Positions 47,097-55,353 of a DNA stretch of 64,000 nucleotides are shown piece by piece. Under the pieces are notes generated by a model. That model saw nothing but the letters and a program-made list of their open reading frames with translations. It had not been told where the DNA came from and did no database searches. Both the position numbers and the translations under genes were made by a program. The DNA comes from an uncultured Gemmatimonadales bacterium (lineage in GTDB: Bacteria; Gemmatimonadota; Gemmatimonadetes; Gemmatimonadales; Gemmatimonadaceae): positions 3,520,001-3,584,000 of the forward strand of contig OY969695.1 of assembly GCA_963701965.1 (NCBI GenBank), in the 5' to 3' direction. Within the stretch, counting starts at the first letter, position 1, and the number at the start of each line of letters is the position of its first letter.

Positions 47097-47589
47097 CCAC
47101 GTGATCGGCCCGGCCAGCGCGCCGGTGACCCTCCTCATGTACGGCAATTACGAGTGCTTGCACTGCCGCCGGGCGTATCCCGCGGTGGCCGCGCTGCGCG
47201 CCGAGCTCGGTGCGCGGCTGCGCTTCGTGCATCGCCACTTTGCGATTTCCGCCGATTTCCCGCACGCCGAGATGGCGGCCGAGGCCGCGGAGTCAGCGGC
47301 GGCCCACGGAAAGTTCTGGGAGATGCACGAGGCGCTCTCCCTCCACGCGCCATTTCTCGATGAGCCCGCACTGCTCGCCGAAGCGGCCCGCATCGGGTTC
47401 GACATCGGGACGCTGGCTGGCGATCTCGATGCGCGCCGGTATCAGTCGCTGGTGCGTTCGCGCACGACCCAGGCGATCGAAGCCGGCGTGTGGAGCACGC
47501 CGACGTTTTTCGTGAACGGCGCGCACTTCGAAGAGGCGTGGGACCTGGAGAGCCTCGGCGCGACGTTGCGTCGTCTCGGCCGGGCTTAA
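47041..47589 (+). CDS. DsbA-family thioredoxin
   Basis: GPASAPVTL.MYGNYECLHC, RHF, FWEMH, GV.STPTFFVNG. Confidence 0.9.
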   Translation: MTISTVRPTPRFVEVATTDHVIGPASAPVTLLMYGNYECLHCRRAYPAVAALRAELGARLRFVHRHFAISADFPHAEMAAEAAESAAAHGKFWEMHEALSLHAPFLDEPALLAEAARIGFDIGTLAGDLDARRYQSLVRSRTTQAIEAGVWSTPTFFVNGAHFEEAWDLESLGATLRRLGRA

Positions 47590-48231
47590 CCCGCCGTCGC
47601 CGCGGCGCGCAGCGCCAGCGCGCGTATCAATGGCACGCCCGCGCGCTCGGCGGCGCCGATCGTTTCGTTGAGGATGGCGTGGGCTTCGTCCGTGGCGCCG
47701 CGGCGCGACGCGACCGTCGCTTCCGCGACGCGCAACCGCAACTCGCCGACGACGTCGCCGCGCGTCAGCGCCAACGCCCGACCGGAGCGGAACGACTGCG
47801 TGGCTTCATCGAAACGTCCCAGCGCCCGGAGGCACTCGCCCGCGCGCTCGTACGTCTCGGCCACGTCGGATTCATCGACGGGCATCTCCGCGTGCGTCAG
47901 CAACGTCTCGTAGACGTCGGCGGCCAGCGCCCACTCCTCGAATGTCCTGCAGGTGACCCGCGTAGCGCGCCAGACCGGCAATGAGGCGTGGCCGCCGGCC
48001 GCTGATCGCGGCGCCGAGCAGCGCGAGCAAGGGCGCGCGGAGCGGCGAGTCGCGCCGGAGCTGGCCCACGGCGCGGCGCACGCGCCAGATCTGGCGCCAC
48101 GTCGGTTTGCGTCCGCCGGCGCGCGCGTCGGCGAGACGCACGGTCACGAGACCGGCCGCGGTCGCGCGCCAGGCGGCGCTCTCCGGCGTTTGCCGGTTCA
48201 AGACTTGAAAGAAGGGGAAGTGTGATGTCAA
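47586..48231 (-). CDS. Short TPR-like paralogue of 42733-44076 (apparent frameshift near 47946; possibly pseudogene)
   Basis: HFPFFQ..AGLVTVRLAD in one frame, EEWALAADVYETLL..GECLRALGRFDEA in the next. Confidence 0.6.
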
Positions 48232-48348
48232 AGGCTCTCAAGAATTGGCGGTGGCTCTGCAATGAAATGACGCGTACGCGCGTCGCGCGCTGCATGCCTC
48301 AGGAAGCGGGCATCGCGCGGTACGCGCGACGCCGGTAGATTTCCGCCA

Positions 48349-49596
48349 ATGAAAAGACGAGTCGTCGTCACCGGGATGGGCGCCCTGACGCCGATCGGGA
48401 ATACGGTGCACGAGTTCTGGACCGCCGCGCTGCGGGGTGAGAGTGGCGCCACGCCTATTACGCGGTTCGACGCGTCGGCGTTCGACACGCGCTTCGCGTG
48501 CGAGCTCAAGGGTTTCGATCCGCTCGAGTTCATGGATCGCAAGCTCATCAAGCGTCTCGACCCCTTCTGCCAATACGCGATCGTCGCCGGCAATGAGGCG
48601 CTACGCGATGCCGGCCTCGACCCGGCGACAATGTCGGCCAATGAGAAGGCCCGCTGCGGCGTGATCTTCGGCAGCGGCATCGGGGGCATTCAGACGCTGC
48701 AGGCGCAGTCCAAGGTGTTTCAGGAGAACGGTCCGCATCGTCTCTCGCCGTTTTTCGTGCCCATGATGATCTCGGACATGGCCGCGGGCATCATCTCGAT
48801 TCGCCACGGGTTCACGGGTCCCAACCACTGCGTCGTGTCGGCGTGCGCGACCGGCAATCACAACATCGGCGATGCCTTGGCCGCGATCCAGTCCGGCGAC
48901 GCGGACATCGTGTTATCCGGTGGCAGCGAAGCGGTGATCTGCGAGCTGGGCGTCGGTGGGTTCTGCGCGATGCGGGCAATGTCCACGCGCAACGATTGTC
49001 CGGCGATGGCGAGCCGGCCGTTCGACGCCACGCGCGATGGGTTCGTGATGGGCGAGGGCGCCGCGGCGCTGGTGCTGGAATCGCTCGAGCACGCCCAGGC
49101 GCGGGGCGCGCGGATCTACGCCGAGCTGCTGTCCGTCGGCGCGTCGGCCAATGCGTTTCACATGACGGCGCCGCACCCGGAGGGATTGGGAGCGAGATTG
49201 GCCATGGCGGCGGCGCTGCGCAATGGCGGGATTGGCTTGGACGAGGTCGACGCCATCAACATGCACGCGACGTCAACTCCGCTCGGCGACGAGTCGGAGT
49301 CGCGCGCCATCCGCACGCTATTCGGCGCGCGGGCCAATGCGATCACGGCGACATCGACCAAGAGTATGACGGGCCACATGCTGGGCGCCGCGGGTGCCGC
49401 GGAAGCGATCCTCTCCATCCTGAGCATTGTGCACGGGGTCGTGCCGCCGACCATCAACGTCCGGCAGCCCGATCCGAAGTGCGATCTGCGCTTCGCGTTC
49501 AATACGCCCGTCGAGCGCCCGGTCCGCATCGCGCTGAGCAATGCGTTCGGGTTCGGTGGGCACAACACCACGGTGGCATTCAGAGCCTTCGAGTAG
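48349..49596 (+). CDS. fabF: 3-oxoacyl-ACP synthase II
   Basis: RRVVVTG, SACATG, HATST, KSMTGHMLGAAG, SNAFGFGG. Confidence 0.95.
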   Translation: MKRRVVVTGMGALTPIGNTVHEFWTAALRGESGATPITRFDASAFDTRFACELKGFDPLEFMDRKLIKRLDPFCQYAIVAGNEALRDAGLDPATMSANEKARCGVIFGSGIGGIQTLQAQSKVFQENGPHRLSPFFVPMMISDMAAGIISIRHGFTGPNHCVVSACATGNHNIGDALAAIQSGDADIVLSGGSEAVICELGVGGFCAMRAMSTRNDCPAMASRPFDATRDGFVMGEGAAALVLESLEHAQARGARIYAELLSVGASANAFHMTAPHPEGLGARLAMAAALRNGGIGLDEVDAINMHATSTPLGDESESRAIRTLFGARANAITATSTKSMTGHMLGAAGAAEAILSILSIVHGVVPPTINVRQPDPKCDLRFAFNTPVERPVRIALSNAFGFGGHNTTVAFRAFE

Positions 49597-51551
49597 CCGT
49601 CGCCGCCGCGCTGCGGCGGGACTCGGAACGCCTGGCGATCGAGCACGGCGTCCGCACGGCGATCGTCACGGTCGCGCCGCTGATCGCCGGCGACTGGATC
49701 GGACACCCGTTGGCGTTCGCCTGGGTCTCGCTGGGCGGTTTTCAAGCGGCGCTGGCCGACAATGGTGGGCCCTACCGATCCCGGGCCGCGGCCATGGCGA
49801 CCGTGGTCTTCGGTGGAGGCCTCGGCTGCCTCATCGGATCGCTGGCGGGACTCTCTCCGTGGCTCGCGGTGCCGTGGACGTTTGCCGCGGCGCTCCTCAG
49901 CGGGATGGTGCGGGTGTACGGGAACAATGGCTCGGTCGTCGGTCTGGCGAACCTGGTCGTGTTTCTCGTCGCCGTCGCGTCGCCGCTCCCCACGCTCGCC
50001 GCCGCGGGGACGCGCGCCGGCCTGTTTGTCGCCGGCGGCGCGGCGTCCGGTGTCCTGGCGCTGCTGCTGTGGCCCTTTCATCCCTACCTGCCCGCGCGGC
50101 GGCCGGTCGCCGAAGTGTGGCGGATGTTGAGCGCCCGGATCGTCGCGACCAATGGCCTCCCGTCCAATCACGAGATTCGCGAGCAGTTGGAGGAGGCCAA
50201 TCGGCAGTTGGTCGCCGTGCGGGCATCGCGCGATGGGACGACGCGTCGCGGGGAGGCGCTCCTGGCGACGCTGGTCGGCGCCGATCGGACGTTCGGTGTC
50301 GTCAACGGTGTGCCCGACGTGCTGGCGACCACCGGGGTCGCCCCTCCTCCCGTGCTCGGCGACGCATCGGTGGTCGCGGCCTCGATCGCCAATGTCGTGC
50401 TGGGGAAGCGCGCCGCGGCTGACACCAGTCGACTGGCCTCGGAGCGCGCGGGTCTTCCCGGGGACGCCACCAGGGTCCTCGAACACCTGACATCAGAGAT
50501 CGGTATTGCGGCGGCGGTCGCCGTGGGGATCGATCACGACGTGGCGGCGCCGATCAACGTCCACGGCGCCGGGGGCCGGCCGCACCCGCGCACTTTCTCC
50601 GACGTGTTCCTCGCGCCGCTGCGCGCCAGCTGGGCGCCCGGGTCGCTGGTCGCGCGCCATGCGCTGCGGCTGGCCGTCGGTGTCACCGGGGCGCATCTGC
50701 TCAGCACGGCGTTGGGACTGCCGCGGGGATACTGGATGACGCTGACGACGGCCGTCATCCTGCAGCCCTATGCCGGCGCCACAATGCATCGCGCGCTGCA
50801 GCGCGTGATCGGCACGATCCTCGGCGGTGTCCTTGCTGCCGCGTTGACCACGGTGGTGCACGGGGCGCTGGCAGTGTCGCTCGTGTTGGTGCCGCTCTGC
50901 GTCATGACGATCGCCGCACGGCCGCTGGGCTATACGTGGTTCGTGATGTTCCTGACGCCGCTCTTCGTGATCATCACGGAGGGAACGCACACCGATCCGC
51001 GGTTGGCGTTCGTGCGCATGTTGAATACGCTGCTCGGCGGCGCGCTGGCGCTTGCGTCGGGCGCGGCGCTGTGGCCGGATTGGGAAGGGGACTCGCTCAA
51101 CGACGCGCTGGCGGCGGCCGTGCAAGCCGTGCGCGCCTATCTCCGGGCGGCGCTCACGGGCGCGCCGTCGACGCCCGCGGCGCGGCGGGCGTCGGGGTTG
51201 GCGAGCAACAATGCCAATGTCGTGCTCCAGCGCATCGTCAGCGAGGGCGACCGGTCGGCGGCGCGGGTGGCGCCCGGTCTGGCCCTGGTCACGTTCGTGC
51301 GCCGACTCGCGGCCACCACCAGCGCGCTCGTGGCGCTCCGCGCGCCGGAAACGTTGGGTCCGTTCAGCGATGCCGCGGACGCGGCGCTCGCCGACATGGC
51401 CCAGGCGCTCCAGCACGGCACCGCTCCGGCGCCCGCGGTCGATCTGGCGTCGGCGAAACCGAGGCAGCTCTCATCGCCCACCGTGAGTGCGTTGCTCGAC
51501 CAGATCGCGCGCCAGATCGACGTGCTGCACCACGCCATCGCCGCGCGCTAA
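49593..51551 (+). CDS. FUSC/YccS-family membrane protein
   Basis: D.GGPYRSR, LWP, RHALRLA, GYWMTLT..ILQP, QRVIGTILG; start codon unclear. Confidence 0.85.
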   Translation, partial: VAVAAALRRDSERLAIEHGVRTAIVTVAPLIAGDWIGHPLAFAWVSLGGFQAALADNGGPYRSRAAAMATVVFGGGLGCLIGSLAGLSPWLAVPWTFAAALLSGMVRVYGNNGSVVGLANLVVFLVAVASPLPTLAAAGTRAGLFVAGGAASGVLALLLWPFHPYLPARRPVAEVWRMLSARIVATNGLPSNHEIREQLEEANRQLVAVRASRDGTTRRGEALLATLVGADRTFGVVNGVPDVLATTGVAPPPVLGDASVVAASIANVVLGKRAAADTSRLASERAGLPGDATRVLEHLTSEIGIAAAVAVGIDHDVAAPINVHGAGGRPHPRTFSDVFLAPLRASWAPGSLVARHALRLAVGVTGAHLLSTALGLPRGYWMTLTTAVILQPYAGATMHRALQRVIGTILGGVLAAALTTVVHGALAVSLVLVPLCVMTIAARPLGYTWFVMFLTPLFVIITEGTHTDPRLAFVRMLNTLLGGALALASGAALWPDWEGDSLNDALAAAVQAVRAYLRAALTGAPSTPAARRASGLASNNANVVLQRIVSEGDRSAARVAPGLALVTFVRRLAATTSALVALRAPETLGPFSDAADAALADMAQALQHGTAPAPAVDLASAKPRQLSSPTVSALLDQIARQIDVLHHAIAAR

Positions 51552-51826
51552 CGCAGGAAGCGCTCGGCGAGTTGCTCCAGGCGATCATCGCCCTCGGCGC
51601 GCGCCCGCGCCAAAATGCGTTGGACGTGGGGAGCCAGCCGGGGCTCGCCCCAGTAATACCCGGTCGCCATCTCGGCCGACCCCGTCTCGCCATCCCGCGC
51701 CGCCTCGAGCAGCGCCTCGGCGGCCGCTTCATCGAAGCCCGGATCCTCGCGCGGTGGCAGCGCGAACCGCCGCGACGGGTCGCCCCAATGTCCGCCGGCG
51801 TCGTCGTCGACGAATGCCCGCGACAT
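51548..51826 (-). CDS. Small hypothetical protein
   Basis: MSRAFVDDD start, 5 bp after previous gene on same strand. Confidence 0.6.
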   Translation of the reverse strand: MSRAFVDDDAGGHWGDPSRRFALPPREDPGFDEAAAEALLEAARDGETGSAEMATGYYWGEPRLAPHVQRILARARAEGDDRLEQLAERFLR

Positions 51827-51831
51827 GCGCG

Positions 51832-52659
51832 CTACTGGCTCGCGGTGCGGACCGGCGGCAGGGGCTCGATTTCCGAGCGGATGACCTGCGTGCTCGCCGG
51901 CCCGTCGCCCGTCTCCGGGAACGACTCGACGATCCGGATGGTCTGCGTCGAACGGGAGCCCAGGAAGATGCCGGCGGCGTTCACGTACTGGACGCCCCGG
52001 ATAGTGCCGTCGCCCGTGACCTTGAGCGCGCGCCCGCCCTCCTGGCCTGCGCCATTCAACGCGACACTCCCCGCGCGCTCGATACGGAGGGCCCGTTGCC
52101 CGGCGTAGGTCGTGTCGCCCGTCACCCGCGCCAGGATCACCGTTTGCGTGCGGACGGAATCAAACGGTCCGCGCCGGCCCGCCTGCTCAATGGACGTATC
52201 GGCCCACGATGAGCCGATGCCGACCGGGGTGCGCAGCAGCGGCAGAAAGCGCCGAAATCCCGCGTACAACCCGCGCGTATTGGCGTCCACATCGGCGGGC
52301 GGCGCGAACGCATAAATGCGCCCGGTCGGCGAGACGGTCCCCACCATTTTCACGCCCTTCTCCCACGAGAGGTCCGGCCGCGGCGCATCGAGCGCCGACT
52401 CGATCCCGATCGAGTCGACCGTGACCGTGAGCGTCAGCGTATCCCGCGCCTTGGCCGCCAGGTTCACGGTGACCACCTGCGTTGCCGTATAGTCGAACTG
52501 AGCCGGCGCGCGGCCACCGTTCTGGTCCCGCTGATTGTTGTACGAGATCGAGATGCGATAGCGCTGAGTCCCGGCCGTGTAGGCGAATGGCTGAGTCTGA
52601 GCGAACGCCGGGACCGCAGTAAGGCAGAGGGCGAGAAGTGTCATGGCGCGACCGAACAT
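51832..52659 (-). CDS. Secreted beta-rich hypothetical protein
   Basis: Signal peptide ending AFA; G-rich SD; beta-strand pattern. Confidence 0.7.
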   Translation of the reverse strand: MFGRAMTLLALCLTAVPAFAQTQPFAYTAGTQRYRISISYNNQRDQNGGRAPAQFDYTATQVVTVNLAAKARDTLTLTVTVDSIGIESALDAPRPDLSWEKGVKMVGTVSPTGRIYAFAPPADVDANTRGLYAGFRRFLPLLRTPVGIGSSWADTSIEQAGRRGPFDSVRTQTVILARVTGDTTYAGQRALRIERAGSVALNGAGQEGGRALKVTGDGTIRGVQYVNAAGIFLGSRSTQTIRIVESFPETGDGPASTQVIRSEIEPLPPVRTASQ

Positions 52660-52685
52660 CGTTCCCCCCGTAGTGGTGCCGTAAG

Positions 52686-53741
52686 CTAACGGCCCGCCGG
52701 CGGTGACGCGGTCATGATGCGCATCACCGGCTGGCCACCAATGTCCTGCAGTGGGAAATACAGGAGATGGGTGCGCGGGTCCACCGCCACCGAGTGCCCG
52801 GAGGGGAGCAGAAAGTCGCCCTCATGGACCAGATGCAGGCCGTCGCGTGCCATGATCTCCGTGAATGCCGACACCGTGCCCGACTCCGACGCGACGTACA
52901 CGCGGCCCCAGTCGGGATCGACCGCCAGGACATCGGGATCGGCGCCGATGGCGTAGGTCGCGATCACGCGACCGTTGTCGAGATCAAGCAGCGCCAGTCG
53001 CGCGTTCTTCTGGCCGGCCACGAACGCGACCCGCCGCGCGGCGTCGAGCGCGACCCCGTGCGGCGACACGATGCCCGGTACCGGCACGCGCGCGACGATC
53101 TTGTTGGTCTCCGGATCGATGACGGCAATGGCGTTCGAGTCGTGCACGGCCACCAAAATGCAGGCCGTTACCGGGTCGTAGATGGTGTTGCCGGCCTCGC
53201 CTCCCAGCGGGATGCGTTTGACGAGGGTGTCGGCGAACACGTCGAGGACGGCATCGGCGCGGCCATGCTCGTCGGACACGAACACGCGCCGCACGTTGGG
53301 TGCGTAGGCGATCCCATCCGGGTACTCGATGCCGCCTACGCGCGCCAGCACCGTCAGTCCCCGCGTGTCGACGACGACCACCTGCTGCCGCCCGGTCGCC
53401 GAAGCGTAGACCCGGTTGAGCTCGGGCACCGCCAGCACGCCATGCACGCTGGTGAACCCGTCGAGATTCGCCACGACCTGTCGGTTTTTCACATCGAACA
53501 CGAGCAGCGTGCCGGCGTCCATGTGCGCGACGTAGAGACGGTCGGCGGCCGTATCGAGGCTCGTATAGTCGAAGCGGACCGGCGCCCCCGGCAGCGGAAC
53601 ATCGACAATGGTGCGGAGCGCGAACGCGCCGCGGGTCGGGCCCGGCGGCGCCGGTGCCACGACCGGAGCCGATCGGTGACCCGGCGGCTCGCAGGTGGGA
53701 ATCAGCGGAAAGACGGCGAGCGCGATCGCGCCGAGTATCAC
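52686..53741 (-). CDS. YncE/YVTN beta-propeller secreted protein
   Basis: RFDY, RLYVAH, HGVLAVP, YPDGIAY, PHGVALD, PDVLAVD blades; GTGA coupling. Confidence 0.85.
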   Translation of the reverse strand: MILGAIALAVFPLIPTCEPPGHRSAPVVAPAPPGPTRGAFALRTIVDVPLPGAPVRFDYTSLDTAADRLYVAHMDAGTLLVFDVKNRQVVANLDGFTSVHGVLAVPELNRVYASATGRQQVVVVDTRGLTVLARVGGIEYPDGIAYAPNVRRVFVSDEHGRADAVLDVFADTLVKRIPLGGEAGNTIYDPVTACILVAVHDSNAIAVIDPETNKIVARVPVPGIVSPHGVALDAARRVAFVAGQKNARLALLDLDNGRVIATYAIGADPDVLAVDPDWGRVYVASESGTVSAFTEIMARDGLHLVHEGDFLLPSGHSVAVDPRTHLLYFPLQDIGGQPVMRIMTASPPAGR

Positions 53742-54499
53742 GTGCGGTCGATCATGGCGCCGATGACCCCGCCCAGCAGGCCGCCCTTGGTCGCCGCCGC
53801 CGCCTCTCCTGCCACCGGCGGATGATAGTACATCGACTGGATGCCGACGCGGCCCGGACCCGTGAAGCGATTCCAGAAGATCTGACCGGCGCTCGCGAAC
53901 AATCCCGTCGAGAACCGCTGGAACTGCGTCTCCATGCGCACCGTGCGGTCCTTGTAGATCCAGCCGCCCGGCTCGATGTCGATCTGCTCCCCGGCCGCCA
54001 GCTCCACGGAGAACACGTTGCCGTACCCGTGCAGCCACACGATGCCGTCGGCCCCGTTGGCGGTGAACGTATCGATGAAGAACCCGCTCCCGCCGAACAG
54101 CATGTTGCTGACGCCTTTGACGCGCTCGAACGTGTAGTCCACGGCGCCCGTCGCGGCCAGGAACTGATGCTCGCGCACGTCGACGGATTGCCCGCGCGTC
54201 AAGTGCAGCGGCACGATCTGTCCCGCGCCGTCACGACTGAACGCGATATGTCCGGGTCCAGCGGCCTCGGTGAGAAAGATCGGTAGTCCCGCGATCATGC
54301 GGCTGAACGCCCCATCCAGCGCTTTGATGCCGACGGCGACTTGCGGATGCTTCCACAGCAGCACGTGGTGCTCGAAATACACGCGCATCTGCTCCAGCTC
54401 GAGGTGCAGCACGGGCACGAGCTCGCCCTCGAGATGGTACGTGACGCCGCCATAGCGCTCGTCGCGAACTTTGGTCGGGTGCAGCGTTGGGATGGCCAT
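53738..54499 (-). CDS. AIM24-family protein
   Basis: YHLEGELVPVL, EHHVLLWK, GPGHIAFS, GGSGFFID, FTGPGRVGIQSM. Confidence 0.85.
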   Translation of the reverse strand: MAIPTLHPTKVRDERYGGVTYHLEGELVPVLHLELEQMRVYFEHHVLLWKHPQVAVGIKALDGAFSRMIAGLPIFLTEAAGPGHIAFSRDGAGQIVPLHLTRGQSVDVREHQFLAATGAVDYTFERVKGVSNMLFGGSGFFIDTFTANGADGIVWLHGYGNVFSVELAAGEQIDIEPGGWIYKDRTVRMETQFQRFSTGLFASAGQIFWNRFTGPGRVGIQSMYYHPPVAGEAAAATKGGLLGGVIGAMIDRT

Positions 54500-55350
54500 C
54501 AGTCCCCCATCCGCCAACGCGCCATCAACGCCGCGTACAGGCGTCCGGCGATCGGGCCCGGACGGCCGTGACCCACGGGACGGCCGTCGATGGAGACGAC
54601 CGGCATGACGTCGTTCGTCGTGCCCGTCAGGAAGCATTCGCTGAGATGCGGAAGGTCGTCGACGAAGAGCGGTGTCTCTTGGACCGGCACGTCGATCTCG
54701 GCGGCGACCTCCAACACGACCTCCCGCGTGACGCCCGGCAGGATGTAGTTCGACGTCGGATGCGTGTGCACGACGCCGTCGATCACGCCGAAGACGTTCG
54801 TGGCCGCGCCCTCGGTGACGGTGCCGTCGCGCAGCTGGATCGCTTCCCATGCCCCCGCGGCGATGGCTTTTTGCTTCGCCATGACGTTCGGCAGCAGGTT
54901 CACGGTCTTGAGATCGCACCGCGCCCACCGGAGGTCGGGCACCGTGATGGTCCCGACTCCCGTGCCCCGTTGGGCATGCGGGACGACGAATGCCGCGGCA
55001 TTCGCGTACACGGTCACCGGTGTGCCGGCGGGCGGATACTGATGCGTGCGCGGCGAAGCCGCGCCGCGGGTGATCTGCCAGTAGACGAGTGCGTCCCCAC
55101 GCGTAAGCCCGTTGTCGCGCAGGAGTTTCTGCGAGATCGTGGGGAGATCATCGGGCGAGAAGTCCAGGGCGAGCCCGGCGATGCCGCGCCGCAGCCGGCG
55201 CACGTGGCGCTCGAGCTCGAGCAGCACGCCGTCCCGCGCCCGCGTGACTTCGTAGACCCCGTCGCCGAACAAAAAGCCGCGATCGTCCACCGGGACGACC
55301 GCATCACGCCGGTCGACGTAGCGACCGTTGAGATACGCGAGAGCAGTCAT
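54499..55350 (-). CDS. dat: Class IV PLP aminotransferase (D-amino-acid transaminase-like)
   Basis: DRGFLFGDGVYEV, RW.RCDLKTVNLL, EGAATN, ILPGVTR. Confidence 0.88.
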   Translation of the reverse strand: MTALAYLNGRYVDRRDAVVPVDDRGFLFGDGVYEVTRARDGVLLELERHVRRLRRGIAGLALDFSPDDLPTISQKLLRDNGLTRGDALVYWQITRGAASPRTHQYPPAGTPVTVYANAAAFVVPHAQRGTGVGTITVPDLRWARCDLKTVNLLPNVMAKQKAIAAGAWEAIQLRDGTVTEGAATNVFGVIDGVVHTHPTSNYILPGVTREVVLEVAAEIDVPVQETPLFVDDLPHLSECFLTGTTNDVMPVVSIDGRPVGHGRPGPIAGRLYAALMARWRMGD

Positions 55351-55353
55351 GAT

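Noticed and set aside
11635..47950. Programmed frameshifting or phase variation at the four frameshifts
   Set aside because: No slippery heptamers or long repeats, and the genes are unrelated; indel errors are simpler.
48240..48348. GC-rich inverted repeats between the TPR gene and fabF as an ncRNA
   Set aside because: Low-complexity CG alternation makes such pairing likely by chance; no recognisable family motif.
48349..51551. Type II PKS or other biosynthetic cluster around the ketosynthase
   Set aside because: No ACP, chain-length factor or tailoring genes adjacent; the sequence looks like ordinary FabF.
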